A stretch of 64,000 nt of DNA from an uncultured Gemmatimonadales bacterium (lineage in GTDB: Bacteria; Gemmatimonadota; Gemmatimonadetes; Gemmatimonadales; JACORV01), in NCBI GenBank assembly GCA_963812035.1, contig CAWETG010000001.1:654987-718986 (forward strand), given 5' to 3'. Shown one piece after another: positions 28,338 to 37,431 of this stretch (positions within the stretch are counted from its first letter, which is position 1; the number at the start of each line of letters is the position of its first letter). Both the position numbers and the translations under genes were made by a program. Below the pieces are notes generated by a model. The model was not told the origin of the DNA. It saw only the letters and a program-made list of their open reading frames with translations, and ran no database searches.

Positions 28338-30140
28338 TCAGATCCCCAGCTCCGCCCTGGCCTCCGCCGGCAGCCAGCGGCGCGCCCGGCCGATCGGGAT
28401 CGCGAAGCCGAGGGCGACCGGTGTGCTCTCGCCGGCCGGCGACGCGTACGCGCCGTAGTGGACGCCGATTACCGCGCCCTCGGCATCGAACACGGGGCTC
28501 CCGGACGAGCCGGCGTCGGTGGAGCCGGCGAACTGGATCCACTCGCTGGTGGCCTTGGCGATAACCCCGGCAAACATCGTCGTGCGCACAAAGCCGTTGG
28601 GGTCGAACGCCAGCTGCGTGCCGCGGGGGAAGCCGATCAGCGCCGCGGGCGCTCCCTGCCGGACACCGCGCCCCGTCCAGTCGATGGTCCGGACCACGGC
28701 GCCGTGGAAGTTGCGGATCTTGAGGACGGCGATGTCCTGGTCCTGCACGTTGCTGGCGGCGATCAGGTCGGCCACCAGCGGCGTGCGCGTATCGGCCATC
28801 ACCACCTCGATGGCGCGCGGCCGGCCGCGGCCCCGATCCTGGACCACGTGCCCATTGGTCAGCAGGTAGCCGGACGGCGTGATGACGAAGCCACTCCCCA
28901 TCACCGAATCGGACTGGTAGCGGACGATCACCAGCCCTACCGCCGCCTGGTTCTCGGCCGAGACGCGCGAGAAGTCCGCCACCGTCGAGGGGCCGACGGC
29001 GGAGCCGGCGCGGGATTCCGCGTCCCGCAGCTTGGCCTCGAGGCTCTCCACCACCTCGCGCGGCACGCTGGACTGCCGCGCCGCGGTGAGATCGCGGCGC
29101 AGCCGCACGATGACGGAATCCGCCCGGAGCTGCGCCTCGCTCGCCGACCGGAGCTGGGCGGCGAACGCGCGCTCCGCGCTGGCCAGCCGCAGCTCGGCCG
29201 CGGCCCGCTCGCGCGAGGCGCTCCGGTAGATCAGCGTCACGACCACCGCCAGCGCGACGATGGTCAGGATGACGCCCGCGCGGAAGGACGACGACGACTC
29301 CCGCGCCATCTGCCGCGCGAGCGATCGGACGAACACTCCCGCGCGGGCGCCCCGGGCCGCACCGGCCTCGCCGCGCGCCACCTGCACGATGCCGGCGAGC
29401 GTCTTGGGCGGCTGCAGTCGCGGACGGTACTCCGCTCCCTGGCCCTCCGGGAGGCTGGCCGCACCCAGCACCCGCACTTCGAACAGCGGGCCGTGCCAGC
29501 CGAGCATGACGCGGTCGCCCAGCTTCAACATGGCAGGCCCGCGGACCTGCTGGCCGTTGACGTAAGTGCCGTTCCGGCTGTCGAGGTCGGTGACGGTCGC
29601 CGCCCCCGCCTCGTCGAAGGCTACGGCCGCGTGCCGCTTGGAAACCACGCTGTCGGCGACCGTGCGCAGCGGGATCGTGCAGGTGGCCGAGCGCCCCAGC
29701 AGAATCTCGCGGCCGTGACCGAGCAGGTCCTCGCCGCCCGCGACCCGCCGCAGCCGCAGCAGCGGTGGCACGGCGTCGGCCACGGGCTCGGCGTGGGTGC
29801 GCGCCAGCTCGCCTGGCAGACTCACGCGCAGCGCCGGCCCGCGCTGGCCGAGGCTGAACCGGTCGCCGGATCGCAGCGGCTCCGCCGCGGCGATCCTCCG
29901 ACCGTTCAGCCAGGTGCCGTTGGTGCTCCCGAGGTCCTCCAGCCACCACGAGCCGCCGGCGTCGCGCCACACGCGCGCGTGCACGGCGCTGACGACAGCG
30001 TCGTCCTGGTCGAACGGGATGTCGAGGGTAGGGTCGCGGCCGAGGCGCGCGGACGCGCCGTCCACGGGCAGATCGAGATCGCGTCGCTCGTCGTGCAGGA
30101 TCACGCGGCGCAATATGGGGGAAATGCGCGGGGCCGGCAA
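28338..30140 (-). CDS. FHA-FHA-transmembrane-coiled coil-trypsin-like (S1C) serine protease
   Basis: Two FHA domains (..GRDPTLDIPF..VSAVHARV..DLGSTNGTWLNG and ..LGRSATCTIPL..VSKRHAAV..DLDSRNGTYVNG). One TM segment (GVILTIVALAVVVTLIY). Protease triad contexts TNGHVV, DIAVLKI and GSSGSPV. The start is uncertain: TTG 30140, TTG 30113 or GTG 30104. Confidence 0.8.
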   Translation of the reverse strand: MPAPRISPILRRVILHDERRDLDLPVDGASARLGRDPTLDIPFDQDDAVVSAVHARVWRDAGGSWWLEDLGSTNGTWLNGRRIAAAEPLRSGDRFSLGQRGPALRVSLPGELARTHAEPVADAVPPLLRLRRVAGGEDLLGHGREILLGRSATCTIPLRTVADSVVSKRHAAVAFDEAGAATVTDLDSRNGTYVNGQQVRGPAMLKLGDRVMLGWHGPLFEVRVLGAASLPEGQGAEYRPRLQPPKTLAGIVQVARGEAGAARGARAGVFVRSLARQMARESSSSFRAGVILTIVALAVVVTLIYRSASRERAAAELRLASAERAFAAQLRSASEAQLRADSVIVRLRRDLTAARQSSVPREVVESLEAKLRDAESRAGSAVGPSTVADFSRVSAENQAAVGLVIVRYQSDSVMGSGFVITPSGYLLTNGHVVQDRGRGRPRAIEVVMADTRTPLVADLIAASNVQDQDIAVLKIRNFHGAVVRTIDWTGRGVRQGAPAALIGFPRGTQLAFDPNGFVRTTMFAGVIAKATSEWIQFAGSTDAGSSGSPVFDAEGAVIGVHYGAYASPAGESTPVALGFAIPIGRARRWLPAEARAELGI

Positions 30141-30171
30141 AATCGCCGGCCCCTGTGCATCTCCGCGAAAA

Positions 30172-30237
30172 CTACTTCTTCTTCTTCGCGGTCTTCTTTG
30201 CCGTCTTCTTGGCGGCCTTCTTCTTCTTCATCGCCAT
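30172..30237 (-). CDS. candidate 21-aa lysine-rich micropeptide MAMKKKKAAKKTAKKTAKKKK
   Basis: Below the ORF-track size cutoff. ATG 30237 is preceded by GAGGAGG (4-nt spacing). 12 of 21 codons are AAG, in a GC-rich genome. TAG stop at 30172, then a GC hairpin 17 nt downstream. Confidence 0.45.
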   Translation of the reverse strand: MAMKKKKAAKKTAKKTAKKKK

Positions 30238-30512
30238 ACAGCCTCCTCGAAATGGTGAAACACTCCGGCGGCCGGAAGTGGCCGGCGGTCAAACACCATG
30301 AATAGTGCTGTAGGTGGTGGAAGAGCAGATGTCGGAGGGGATGCCGCACGAGCCGTGGAGGGACGCCACAACCGTCGCCACGGGCGCGACTGACTTTTTC
30401 GTCTCGAGAATCGTAAAGGTTGACTCCAACCAGGCGTCTCCGCGCAGTGCGCAAAGCCTTGAGTGCCAATATATAAGAGTCGCTGCGACGCGCAATAGCT
30501 CGGAGTGGTGAT

Positions 30513-30542
30513 TTGGCACGTCACGCCGCCGTGGTGTACAAT
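30513..30542 (+). promoter_or_regulatory. candidate sigma-70 promoter of the formate dehydrogenase gene
   Basis: TTGGCA (30513-30518), 18-nt spacer, TACAAT (30537-30542). It ends 25 nt before ATG 30567. Confidence 0.45.
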
Positions 30543-30566
30543 GACGTCGACCCTTCAGACACGCCG

Positions 30567-33497
30567 ATGATCACGCTGACGGTTGATGGCCGCCTCCTCC
30601 GTGTCGCCGACGGCACGACGATTCTCGAAGCCGCGCGTTCCGCCGGCATCGAGGTGCCGACGCTGTGCTGGTACCCGAAGCTGCCGGTCGTCGGCTCGTG
30701 CCGGATCTGCCTCGTGGGCGTGGCGGGATCGCCGAAGCTGGCGGCGGCGTGCGCCACCGCGGCGCAGGACGGCATGGTGGTCGAGACGGAGTCGCCCGCC
30801 GCCGTCGCCAACCGGAAGAGCGTGCTCGGCCTGCTGCTCGAGCGCTACCCCACCGAGCACCTGCGATCGGGCGGCAACCACCTGAACGAGTTCGAGCGGC
30901 TGGTGCGCCGCTACCACGTCCCGGTGCGCCCGGTCCGCGACCACGAGCTCGCCCTCCGCACCGGCGACGAGCGGCCCGGCGATCCGATGATCCGGCACGA
31001 CATGAGCACCTGCATCCTGTGCACCCGCTGCGTCCGGGCGTGTGCTGACCTCCAGGTCGTGGGGGTGCTCGACGTCGCGCGGCGGGGCGCCGCCGCCGAG
31101 ATCGTGGTCGGCGGCGACGGGGACCCCGATCACGCCGCCTGCACCTGGTGCGGCGAGTGCGTGCGGGTGTGCCCCACCGGCGCCATTCACGAGGTGCTGC
31201 CACGCGAGAAGTTCACGGCGCTCCAGATCGCCGAGCCCGACCGCGTGGTGCGCTCGGTCTGCCCGTACTGCGGCGTCGGGTGCCAGATCGATCTCCACGT
31301 CCGGGGCGACGCGGTAGCGCGCGTCACCAGTCCGTGGATCGAGGAGAACACGCCCAACCTCGGCTCCACCTGTGTGAAGGGCCGGTTCGGCTACGACTTC
31401 CCGCAGCACCGGGACCGCCTGACGATGCCCCTGATCCGGCGGGGCTGGGTGAAGCGCGACGGGCGGTGGGTATGGGAGGGGCCCGCCGAGGGGGAGCGCC
31501 GCCGCGGCCCGTGGCTCACCATCGAGGCCGAAGGCCGGCGCGGCAAGTCGCGCCCGCCCGCCCGCTCGGTGGGGAAGTCGCTCGGCGAGATCTCCCGGAC
31601 GCCCCGCGGCGTGGACGACGTGCGCGACCGCGTGGCGACGCCGGCCTCGTGGTACGAGCCGTTCCGCGAAGCCACCTGGGAGGAGGCGCTGGAGCTGGCC
31701 GCCCAGGAGCTGGTGCGCATCCACGCGGAACGCGGCTCCGACGCTCTCGCCGTCTTCTGCTCGGCCAAGTGCACCAACGAGGAGAACTACGTCCTGCAGC
31801 GCATCTTCCGCGGCCGCTTCGGGACCAACAATGTGGACCACTGCACCCGGCTGTGCCACTCCTCCTCGGTGGCCGCGATGCAGCGCGCCCTCAGCACGTC
31901 TGCGGCGTCCGGCTCGATGCGCGAGGTGGAGCAGGAGGCCGACGTGATCTTCGTGGCCGGCGCGAACGTGACGGAGGCGCACCCGGTTTTCGGCGCCGCC
32001 ATCAAGCGGGCCCAGCGCCGCGGCGCCACGCTGATCGTCGCCGAGCCGCGCGGGATCGAGCTGGCACGCCGCGCCGACATCCACCTGCAGCTGTCGCCCG
32101 GCACCGACGTCGTGTTGTTCAACGCGATGCTGCACCACGCCATCGCGCAGGGACTGGTCGACCGTCCGTTCATCGCGGCGCGCACCCAGGGCTTCGAGCA
32201 GGTCGCAGCAGCGGTGGCGCCGTACACCCTGGAGCGCGCCGAGGTCATCACCGGCGTCCCGGCGGCCGACATCGCGCGGGCCGCGGAGCTGTACGCCCGG
32301 GGGCCCCGGACGTCCACGCTGTGGGCGATGGGGCTGACTCAGCACTCGACCGGAACGGACATCGTCGCCTCGCTCCTCAACCTCGTCCTCGCAAGCGGCA
32401 TGATCGGGCGGTGGGGTGCGGCGATGATCCCGATCCGCGGGCAGAACAACGTGCAGGGGGCCTCGGATGTCGGAGGGATTCCGATGTCGTACACCGACTA
32501 CCAACCGGTGAACGACTCCACCGTCCGCCGCCGTTTCGCCGAGGCGTGGCAGGTGCCGGAGGAGGCGCTGTCCCTCAAGCCCGGGCTCAAGGTCACGGAG
32601 ATCGTCGGCGCCGACTCCCCGGTTACCGGGATGTACATCTTCGGCGAGAACCCGGTCATCTCCGATCCCAACGTCGCGCACGCGGAGGGCTGGTTTCTCG
32701 GCCTCGAGTTCCTGGCGGTGCAGGACCTGTTCCTCACCGACACGGCCCGGTTCGCCGACGTGGTGCTCCCTGGCACGTCGTTCGCCGAAAAGGACGGCAC
32801 TTTCGTCAACACCGAGCGCCGGATCCAGCGGGTGCGGGCGGCCTGCGCCCCTCCCGGCGGCGCGCGGCGCGACCTCGACATCCTGGTCGAGCTCTCGGAG
32901 CGGGTCGGCTTCCGCACGCCGTTCACGGACGCCGAGAGCGTGATGCGCGAGATCGCGGCGGTCACTCCCTCGTGGGCCGGCGTCACCTACCCGCGGCTCG
33001 ACATGGCGGGGCTCCAGTACCCGGTGCCCGACGCCGGGAGCCCCGGCACGGCCTTCCTGTTCGACGACCGCTTCCCGACCGCGGACGGCCGCGGGACGAT
33101 GGTCCCGGTGGAGTACCTGCCGCCGGCGGAACTGCCGGACGAGGAGTATCCGTTCGTGATGAACACGGGTCGGCAGCTCTACCACTGGCACACCGGCACG
33201 ATGACACGCCGGTCCAAGGGGCTCGACTCGCGGGAGCCCGTGCCCACGGTCGAAGTGAACCCCGCCGACGCCGCCGCTCTCGGCGTCCGCGACGGCGACC
33301 AGGTGCGCATTACTTCGCGCCGCAACTCGATGCTGATCGGCGCGCGGCTCTCGGACCGGGTGCGGCCGCGGCAGGTCTTCGTCCCGTTCCACTTCCGCGA
33401 GGCTGCCGCCAACCTCCTCACCAGCACGGCGCTCGACCCCTACGCCAAGATCCCCGAATTCAAGGTCACGGCCGTCCGCGTGGAGCGGACGGACTAG
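30567..33497 (+). CDS. fdhF: formate dehydrogenase alpha subunit, Cys-type, with N-terminal 2Fe-2S/4Fe-4S domains
   Basis: Start moved to ATG 30567 (MITLTVDGRLLRVADGTTILEAA). Cys clusters CRICLV and CILCTRCVRAC...CTWCGECVRVCP. Molybdopterin domain CPYCGVGC. The active-site region VDHCTRLCHSSSV has Cys where some homologues have Sec. Confidence 0.85.
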   Translation: MITLTVDGRLLRVADGTTILEAARSAGIEVPTLCWYPKLPVVGSCRICLVGVAGSPKLAAACATAAQDGMVVETESPAAVANRKSVLGLLLERYPTEHLRSGGNHLNEFERLVRRYHVPVRPVRDHELALRTGDERPGDPMIRHDMSTCILCTRCVRACADLQVVGVLDVARRGAAAEIVVGGDGDPDHAACTWCGECVRVCPTGAIHEVLPREKFTALQIAEPDRVVRSVCPYCGVGCQIDLHVRGDAVARVTSPWIEENTPNLGSTCVKGRFGYDFPQHRDRLTMPLIRRGWVKRDGRWVWEGPAEGERRRGPWLTIEAEGRRGKSRPPARSVGKSLGEISRTPRGVDDVRDRVATPASWYEPFREATWEEALELAAQELVRIHAERGSDALAVFCSAKCTNEENYVLQRIFRGRFGTNNVDHCTRLCHSSSVAAMQRALSTSAASGSMREVEQEADVIFVAGANVTEAHPVFGAAIKRAQRRGATLIVAEPRGIELARRADIHLQLSPGTDVVLFNAMLHHAIAQGLVDRPFIAARTQGFEQVAAAVAPYTLERAEVITGVPAADIARAAELYARGPRTSTLWAMGLTQHSTGTDIVASLLNLVLASGMIGRWGAAMIPIRGQNNVQGASDVGGIPMSYTDYQPVNDSTVRRRFAEAWQVPEEALSLKPGLKVTEIVGADSPVTGMYIFGENPVISDPNVAHAEGWFLGLEFLAVQDLFLTDTARFADVVLPGTSFAEKDGTFVNTERRIQRVRAACAPPGGARRDLDILVELSERVGFRTPFTDAESVMREIAAVTPSWAGVTYPRLDMAGLQYPVPDAGSPGTAFLFDDRFPTADGRGTMVPVEYLPPAELPDEEYPFVMNTGRQLYHWHTGTMTRRSKGLDSREPVPTVEVNPADAAALGVRDGDQVRITSRRNSMLIGARLSDRVRPRQVFVPFHFREAAANLLTSTALDPYAKIPEFKVTAVRVERTD

Positions 33498-33499
33498 CG

Positions 33500-34291
33500 A
33501 TGGACCTCGGGCTGGCGGGACGGGTGGCCCTGGTCGGCGGCTCGTCCGCAGGCCTCGGCAAGGCGATTGCGACGCGCCTCGCATCCGAGGGCGCGCGCGT
33601 CGCCGTGAACGGACGCGACGCCGCCCGGGCCGAGCGCACCGCAGCGCTCATCCGCTCCGAGACCGGCGGTGAGGCGGCGGCCTTCCCCGGCGACCTGAGC
33701 GATCCGCACCAGAGCGAGGCGGTGGTCGGCGCGGTCGCCGCGCGGTTCGGCCGGCTCGACGTCCTGGTGTGCAATGCCGGCGGCCCCCCGCCCACCACCT
33801 TCGCCGAGGCGCCGGCCGAGGCGTGGCAGCGCGCGCTGGACCTGAATCTCCTCTCGACCATCCACCTCTGCCGCGCCGCGGTGCCGCTGATGCGCCGTGC
33901 CGGGTGGGGCCGGGTCGTCTGCCTCACCTCACTGGCCGCCCGCCAGCCGCTGCCCAACCTGATTCTTTCCTCGACCGCGCGCGCCGGCGTCCTGGGCTTC
34001 GCCAAGTGCCTGGCCGACGAAGTCGCCCCCGATGGCGTGCTGGTGACGGTCGTCTGCCCGGGCTACTTTCGCACCGACCGCGTAACGGAGATGGCGGCCG
34101 CCCGCGCCCGGCGCGAGGGGAAGACGCCCGAAGCCATCCTGAGCGAACAGGTCGGGTCCACCCCGCTGGGCCGCATGGGAGAGCCCGAGGAACTGGCGTC
34201 GGTGGTCGCCTTTCTGGCCTCCGAACGCGCGTCGTATATTACCGGCGCCGTTCTTGCGGTAGACGGCGGGCGGCTCCGCAGCATCGACTGA
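33500..34291 (+). CDS. SDR family oxidoreductase
   Basis: GGSSAGLGKAIA (TGxxxGxG-like), NAGG, and an S...YxxxK-like region. Starts 2 nt after the fdh stop. Confidence 0.8.
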   Translation: MDLGLAGRVALVGGSSAGLGKAIATRLASEGARVAVNGRDAARAERTAALIRSETGGEAAAFPGDLSDPHQSEAVVGAVAARFGRLDVLVCNAGGPPPTTFAEAPAEAWQRALDLNLLSTIHLCRAAVPLMRRAGWGRVVCLTSLAARQPLPNLILSSTARAGVLGFAKCLADEVAPDGVLVTVVCPGYFRTDRVTEMAAARARREGKTPEAILSEQVGSTPLGRMGEPEELASVVAFLASERASYITGAVLAVDGGRLRSID

Positions 34292-34313
34292 CCTCTCTCC
34301 AGTTCGAGGGACC

Positions 34314-35348
34314 ATGAAAGCGATCGTCAAGACGACGCGTGGGCCGGGCCTCGCCGTGCGCGACGTCCCGAAGCCGGCGTGCGGGCCGTCGGACGTGCTC
34401 ATCCGGGTGCATCACGCGGGCGTGTGCGGCACCGACCTCCACATCGCCGACTGGAATCCGTGGGCCCAGGGCCGCTGCAAGCCCCCCTTCACGGTCGGCC
34501 ACGAGTTCGCGGGCGAAATCGTCGAGGTCGGCAGCGAGGTCCACGAGGACTTCAAGACAGGCCAGCTGGTGACCGCCGAGGGCCACATCATCTGCGGCCA
34601 CTGCCTGCAGTGCCGGACCGGGAACGGTCACGTGTGCAAGCGCACGCAGATCATCGGTGTGGACCGCAACGGGTGCTTCGCCGAGTACCACGCCATGCCG
34701 GCGAGCAACGTCATGATGCTGAGCGGCATTCCCACGGAGATCGGGGCCATCATGGACCCGATGGGAAACGCGTTCCACACGGTGCTGAGCACCGAAGTGT
34801 CCGGCAGCGTCGTGCTGATTCTGGGCTGCGGACCGATCGGCTGCTTCGCGGTGGGGATCGCCAAGGCCGCCGGCGCCGCCGCCGTGATCGCGGTGGACGT
34901 GAACCCGAAGCGGCTCGAGCTGGCCCGGAAAATGGGCGCCACCCGAGCGCTGAACCCGAAGACGGACGACGTGGAAGCCGCGGTACTCGAGCTGTCGAAG
35001 GGCGACGGCGCCGACCTGGTGTGCGAGATGTCGGGCGCCCCGAGCGCGCTGCACACCGGCTTCAAGGTGGTGCGCTACGGCGGGCGCGTGCACCTTCTGG
35101 GCATCCCGGACGGCGACGTGCCGATCGACTTCGCCAATGAGATCGTGTTCAAGGGCATCACCATCTATGGCGTGATCGGCCGCAAGATGTACGAGACCTG
35201 GCACCTGATGCAGCGCTTCCTGCGCTCGGGGCAGTTCGATCCGCGTCCGACGATCACGCATCGCTTTCCGCTCGAGAAGATCGACGACGCGATCGCCGCC
35301 ATCCGCAGCGGTGACGCGGGCAAGGTGATCCTCGACATCGGATCCTGA
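34314..35348 (+). CDS. tdh: L-threonine 3-dehydrogenase
   Basis: Zn-ADH motifs GVCGTDLH, GHEFAGEIVEVG and CGHCLQCRTG. Immediately followed by kbl. Confidence 0.9.
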   Translation: MKAIVKTTRGPGLAVRDVPKPACGPSDVLIRVHHAGVCGTDLHIADWNPWAQGRCKPPFTVGHEFAGEIVEVGSEVHEDFKTGQLVTAEGHIICGHCLQCRTGNGHVCKRTQIIGVDRNGCFAEYHAMPASNVMMLSGIPTEIGAIMDPMGNAFHTVLSTEVSGSVVLILGCGPIGCFAVGIAKAAGAAAVIAVDVNPKRLELARKMGATRALNPKTDDVEAAVLELSKGDGADLVCEMSGAPSALHTGFKVVRYGGRVHLLGIPDGDVPIDFANEIVFKGITIYGVIGRKMYETWHLMQRFLRSGQFDPRPTITHRFPLEKIDDAIAAIRSGDAGKVILDIGS

Positions 35349-35352
35349 GCCC

Positions 35353-36558
35353 TTGGCCGCCACCGCATTCACCGCCCGGCTGCAATCGGAGCTGGACGAA
35401 TTCAAGCGCACCGGCGTCTACAAGCGGCTCAACTACCTGGACGCCCCGCAGGGTGCCCGCACCGTGATGGAAGGGCGGGGCGACGTCGTCATCCTGTCGT
35501 CGAACAACTACCTGGGGCTGTGCGACCACCCGGACGTGGTCGCCGCCGGCAAGGCGGCGCTCGACCGGTACGGCGCCGGCACCGGCTCGGTGCGGTTCAT
35601 CTGCGGAACCTTCACGGTGCACCGCGAGCTGGAGGCGGCGCTGGCGGCGTTGGTCGGCACCGAGGCGTCGCTCAGCTACGTGTCGTGCTGGAACGCGAAC
35701 GAAGGCCTGTGCGCGACCATCCTCGGTGAGAACGACGTCGTCATCTCGGACCAGCTCAATCACGCTTCCATCATCGACGCGGTGCGCCTCGCCCGGCAGA
35801 TCACGAAGTGTCAGTCGCTGGTGTACCGGCACTCCGACATGGCGGACCTCAAGGAGAAGCTCGAGGCCGCCAGGGGAGCGCGGACCCGGCTGATCTTCAC
35901 CGACGGCGTGTTCTCGATGGAAGGCGACACGGCGAAGCTGGCCGACATCTGCGAGCTGGCCCGCCGGTACGACGCGGTGGTGGCGGTGGACGACTCGCAC
36001 GCCACCGGCGTGCTGGGCGCCACCGGGCGGGGTACGGCCGAACACGCAGGCCTGATGGAGCAGGTTGAGATCATCACCAGCACCCTGGGGAAGGCGCTGG
36101 GTGGCGCGGCCGGCGGGTTCACCGCCTCGTCCGCGGCGTTGTGCGACTACCTCACGCAGCGCTCGCGTCCGCAGCTCTTCTCCAACGCCCTGCCCCCCAC
36201 GGTCGCGGCCAGCGCGCTGGCTGCCGTCCGGGTGCTGAGCGCGCATCCCGAGCTGGTGACCCGTCTGCACGAGAGCGCGCGCTGGTTCCGCGCGGCGCTC
36301 CGGGAGGCGGGGTTCAAGCCGCTCGCGGGAGAGACGCCGATCATCCCGGTCATCCTCGGCGAGACGGCGCTGGCCATCAGGATGAGCGAGGCGCTGCTGG
36401 ATGAGGGCGTGTTCGTCACGGGTTTCGGCTACCCGGTGGTGCCGCAGGGCCAGGCACGGGTGCGCTGTCAGATCTCGGCTGCCCACACGCGGGAACACCT
36501 TGAGCAGGCCCTGGCGGCCTTCAAGAAGGTCGGCAAGAGCCTGGGAGTGCTGCAGTAG
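35353..36558 (+). CDS. kbl: glycine C-acetyltransferase (2-amino-3-ketobutyrate CoA ligase)
   Basis: Alpha-oxoamine synthase motifs. PLP-Lys context STLGKALGG. Follows tdh. Confidence 0.9.
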   Translation: MAATAFTARLQSELDEFKRTGVYKRLNYLDAPQGARTVMEGRGDVVILSSNNYLGLCDHPDVVAAGKAALDRYGAGTGSVRFICGTFTVHRELEAALAALVGTEASLSYVSCWNANEGLCATILGENDVVISDQLNHASIIDAVRLARQITKCQSLVYRHSDMADLKEKLEAARGARTRLIFTDGVFSMEGDTAKLADICELARRYDAVVAVDDSHATGVLGATGRGTAEHAGLMEQVEIITSTLGKALGGAAGGFTASSAALCDYLTQRSRPQLFSNALPPTVAASALAAVRVLSAHPELVTRLHESARWFRAALREAGFKPLAGETPIIPVILGETALAIRMSEALLDEGVFVTGFGYPVVPQGQARVRCQISAAHTREHLEQALAAFKKVGKSLGVLQ

Positions 36559-36585
36559 AGTTGCGAGACGCCGAGTCGGGAGTGG
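36557..36585 (+). repeat. half copy (left arm only) of the AGTTGCGAGA repeat family
   Basis: agagttgcgagacgccgagtcgggagtgg starts at the kbl stop codon. I found no inverted partner. Confidence 0.6.
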
Positions 36586-36691
36586 ATACGAGCGGGGAGC
36601 AGGAGGCCTCGAAGGGCTCCGCTCTCGCCTTTTGCTGCCCATCTTCCTATTATGTGCGGTCGGTAAGCCGTTTCCAACCGTGAGGTTAGTC

Positions 36692-37330
36692 ATGACGCGA
36701 CACCGCTCGCTGGCGCTCGCCGCACTGCTCGTCCTAGTCTCGGCTGCCCCGCTCGCCGCACAGATCCAGGACTGGCAAAACCAGTGGTACTGGGGGGCGA
36801 AGGGCGGCGTGTTCAGCTATACGCTGCCGTCGGGGACGGTCAACCAGCCGCAGGGTGGAGCGGAGTGGATGATCACCGCTAAACGCACCGCGCTGTACGT
36901 CGCGTACTCCACCACGTTCAAACAGACCGGTGACAACTTCACCTCGACCGCGGGAGTCGCCGTTCCGGCGACGTACAACGCGGTGCAGCGCGTCCAGGTC
37001 GCGATCCTGGTCCTGCCGTGGGGCGGCAACATTCAACCCTACGCCGGCGGCGGCTTCGTGATCGAGTCTCTCAGCAACGCCTCGGTCAACAGCGTGACGC
37101 CCTCCACGGCGCAGACGCAGTTCGTGGAGCAGAACTCATCGGGCGGATTCGCGCTGGCCATGGTCGGCCTGCAGCTCAGGGTGGGCAAGCTGGCCGTCTT
37201 CGGGCAGGCGCAGTTCAGCCCGCAGGGGCACGGCTTCATGCTGCAGAACGGGTCCACGTCGCTCGAGGCCGGGGTCCGGTACGCATTCCTCGGCTCACGC
37301 GAAACCGGGGACGTTTCGACCCAGCAGTGA
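36692..37330 (+). CDS. small outer-membrane beta-barrel protein
   Basis: Start moved to ATG 36692 with a signal peptide (ALAALLVLVSAAPLAAQ). Alternating hydrophobic strands and Gly/aromatic-rich segments. Confidence 0.6.
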   Translation: MTRHRSLALAALLVLVSAAPLAAQIQDWQNQWYWGAKGGVFSYTLPSGTVNQPQGGAEWMITAKRTALYVAYSTTFKQTGDNFTSTAGVAVPATYNAVQRVQVAILVLPWGGNIQPYAGGGFVIESLSNASVNSVTPSTAQTQFVEQNSSGGFALAMVGLQLRVGKLAVFGQAQFSPQGHGFMLQNGSTSLEAGVRYAFLGSRETGDVSTQQ

Positions 37331-37351
37331 CCGCATCGGCACCGGCGCGAG

Positions 37352-37393
37352 GCGAAGCGGCCAGCCGATTCCGGCTGGCCGCTTCGCTTTGGT
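37352..37393. terminator. strong hairpin terminator between convergent genes
   Basis: Perfect 16-bp stem gcgaagcggccagccg / attc / cggctggccgcttcgc, then tttggt. Confidence 0.75.
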
Positions 37394-37431
37394 CTGCGCG
37401 GCCTACCGGCGGGCGGGAGCGGCGGCTGGCG

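Noticed and set aside
30238-30512. Possible Moco riboswitch or other cis-regulatory RNA upstream of the formate dehydrogenase gene.
   Set aside because: I found only vague resemblances (guaaagg, gcgucuccgcg) and could not align the conserved Moco-motif elements. An Rfam/Infernal scan would be decisive.
30555-33584. 1009-aa minus-strand ORF, the longest in the track.
   Set aside because: It is an antisense shadow of the formate dehydrogenase gene. The sequence is low-complexity and Arg/Gly/Val/Asp-rich, whereas the plus frame has all the Fe-S and molybdopterin motifs.
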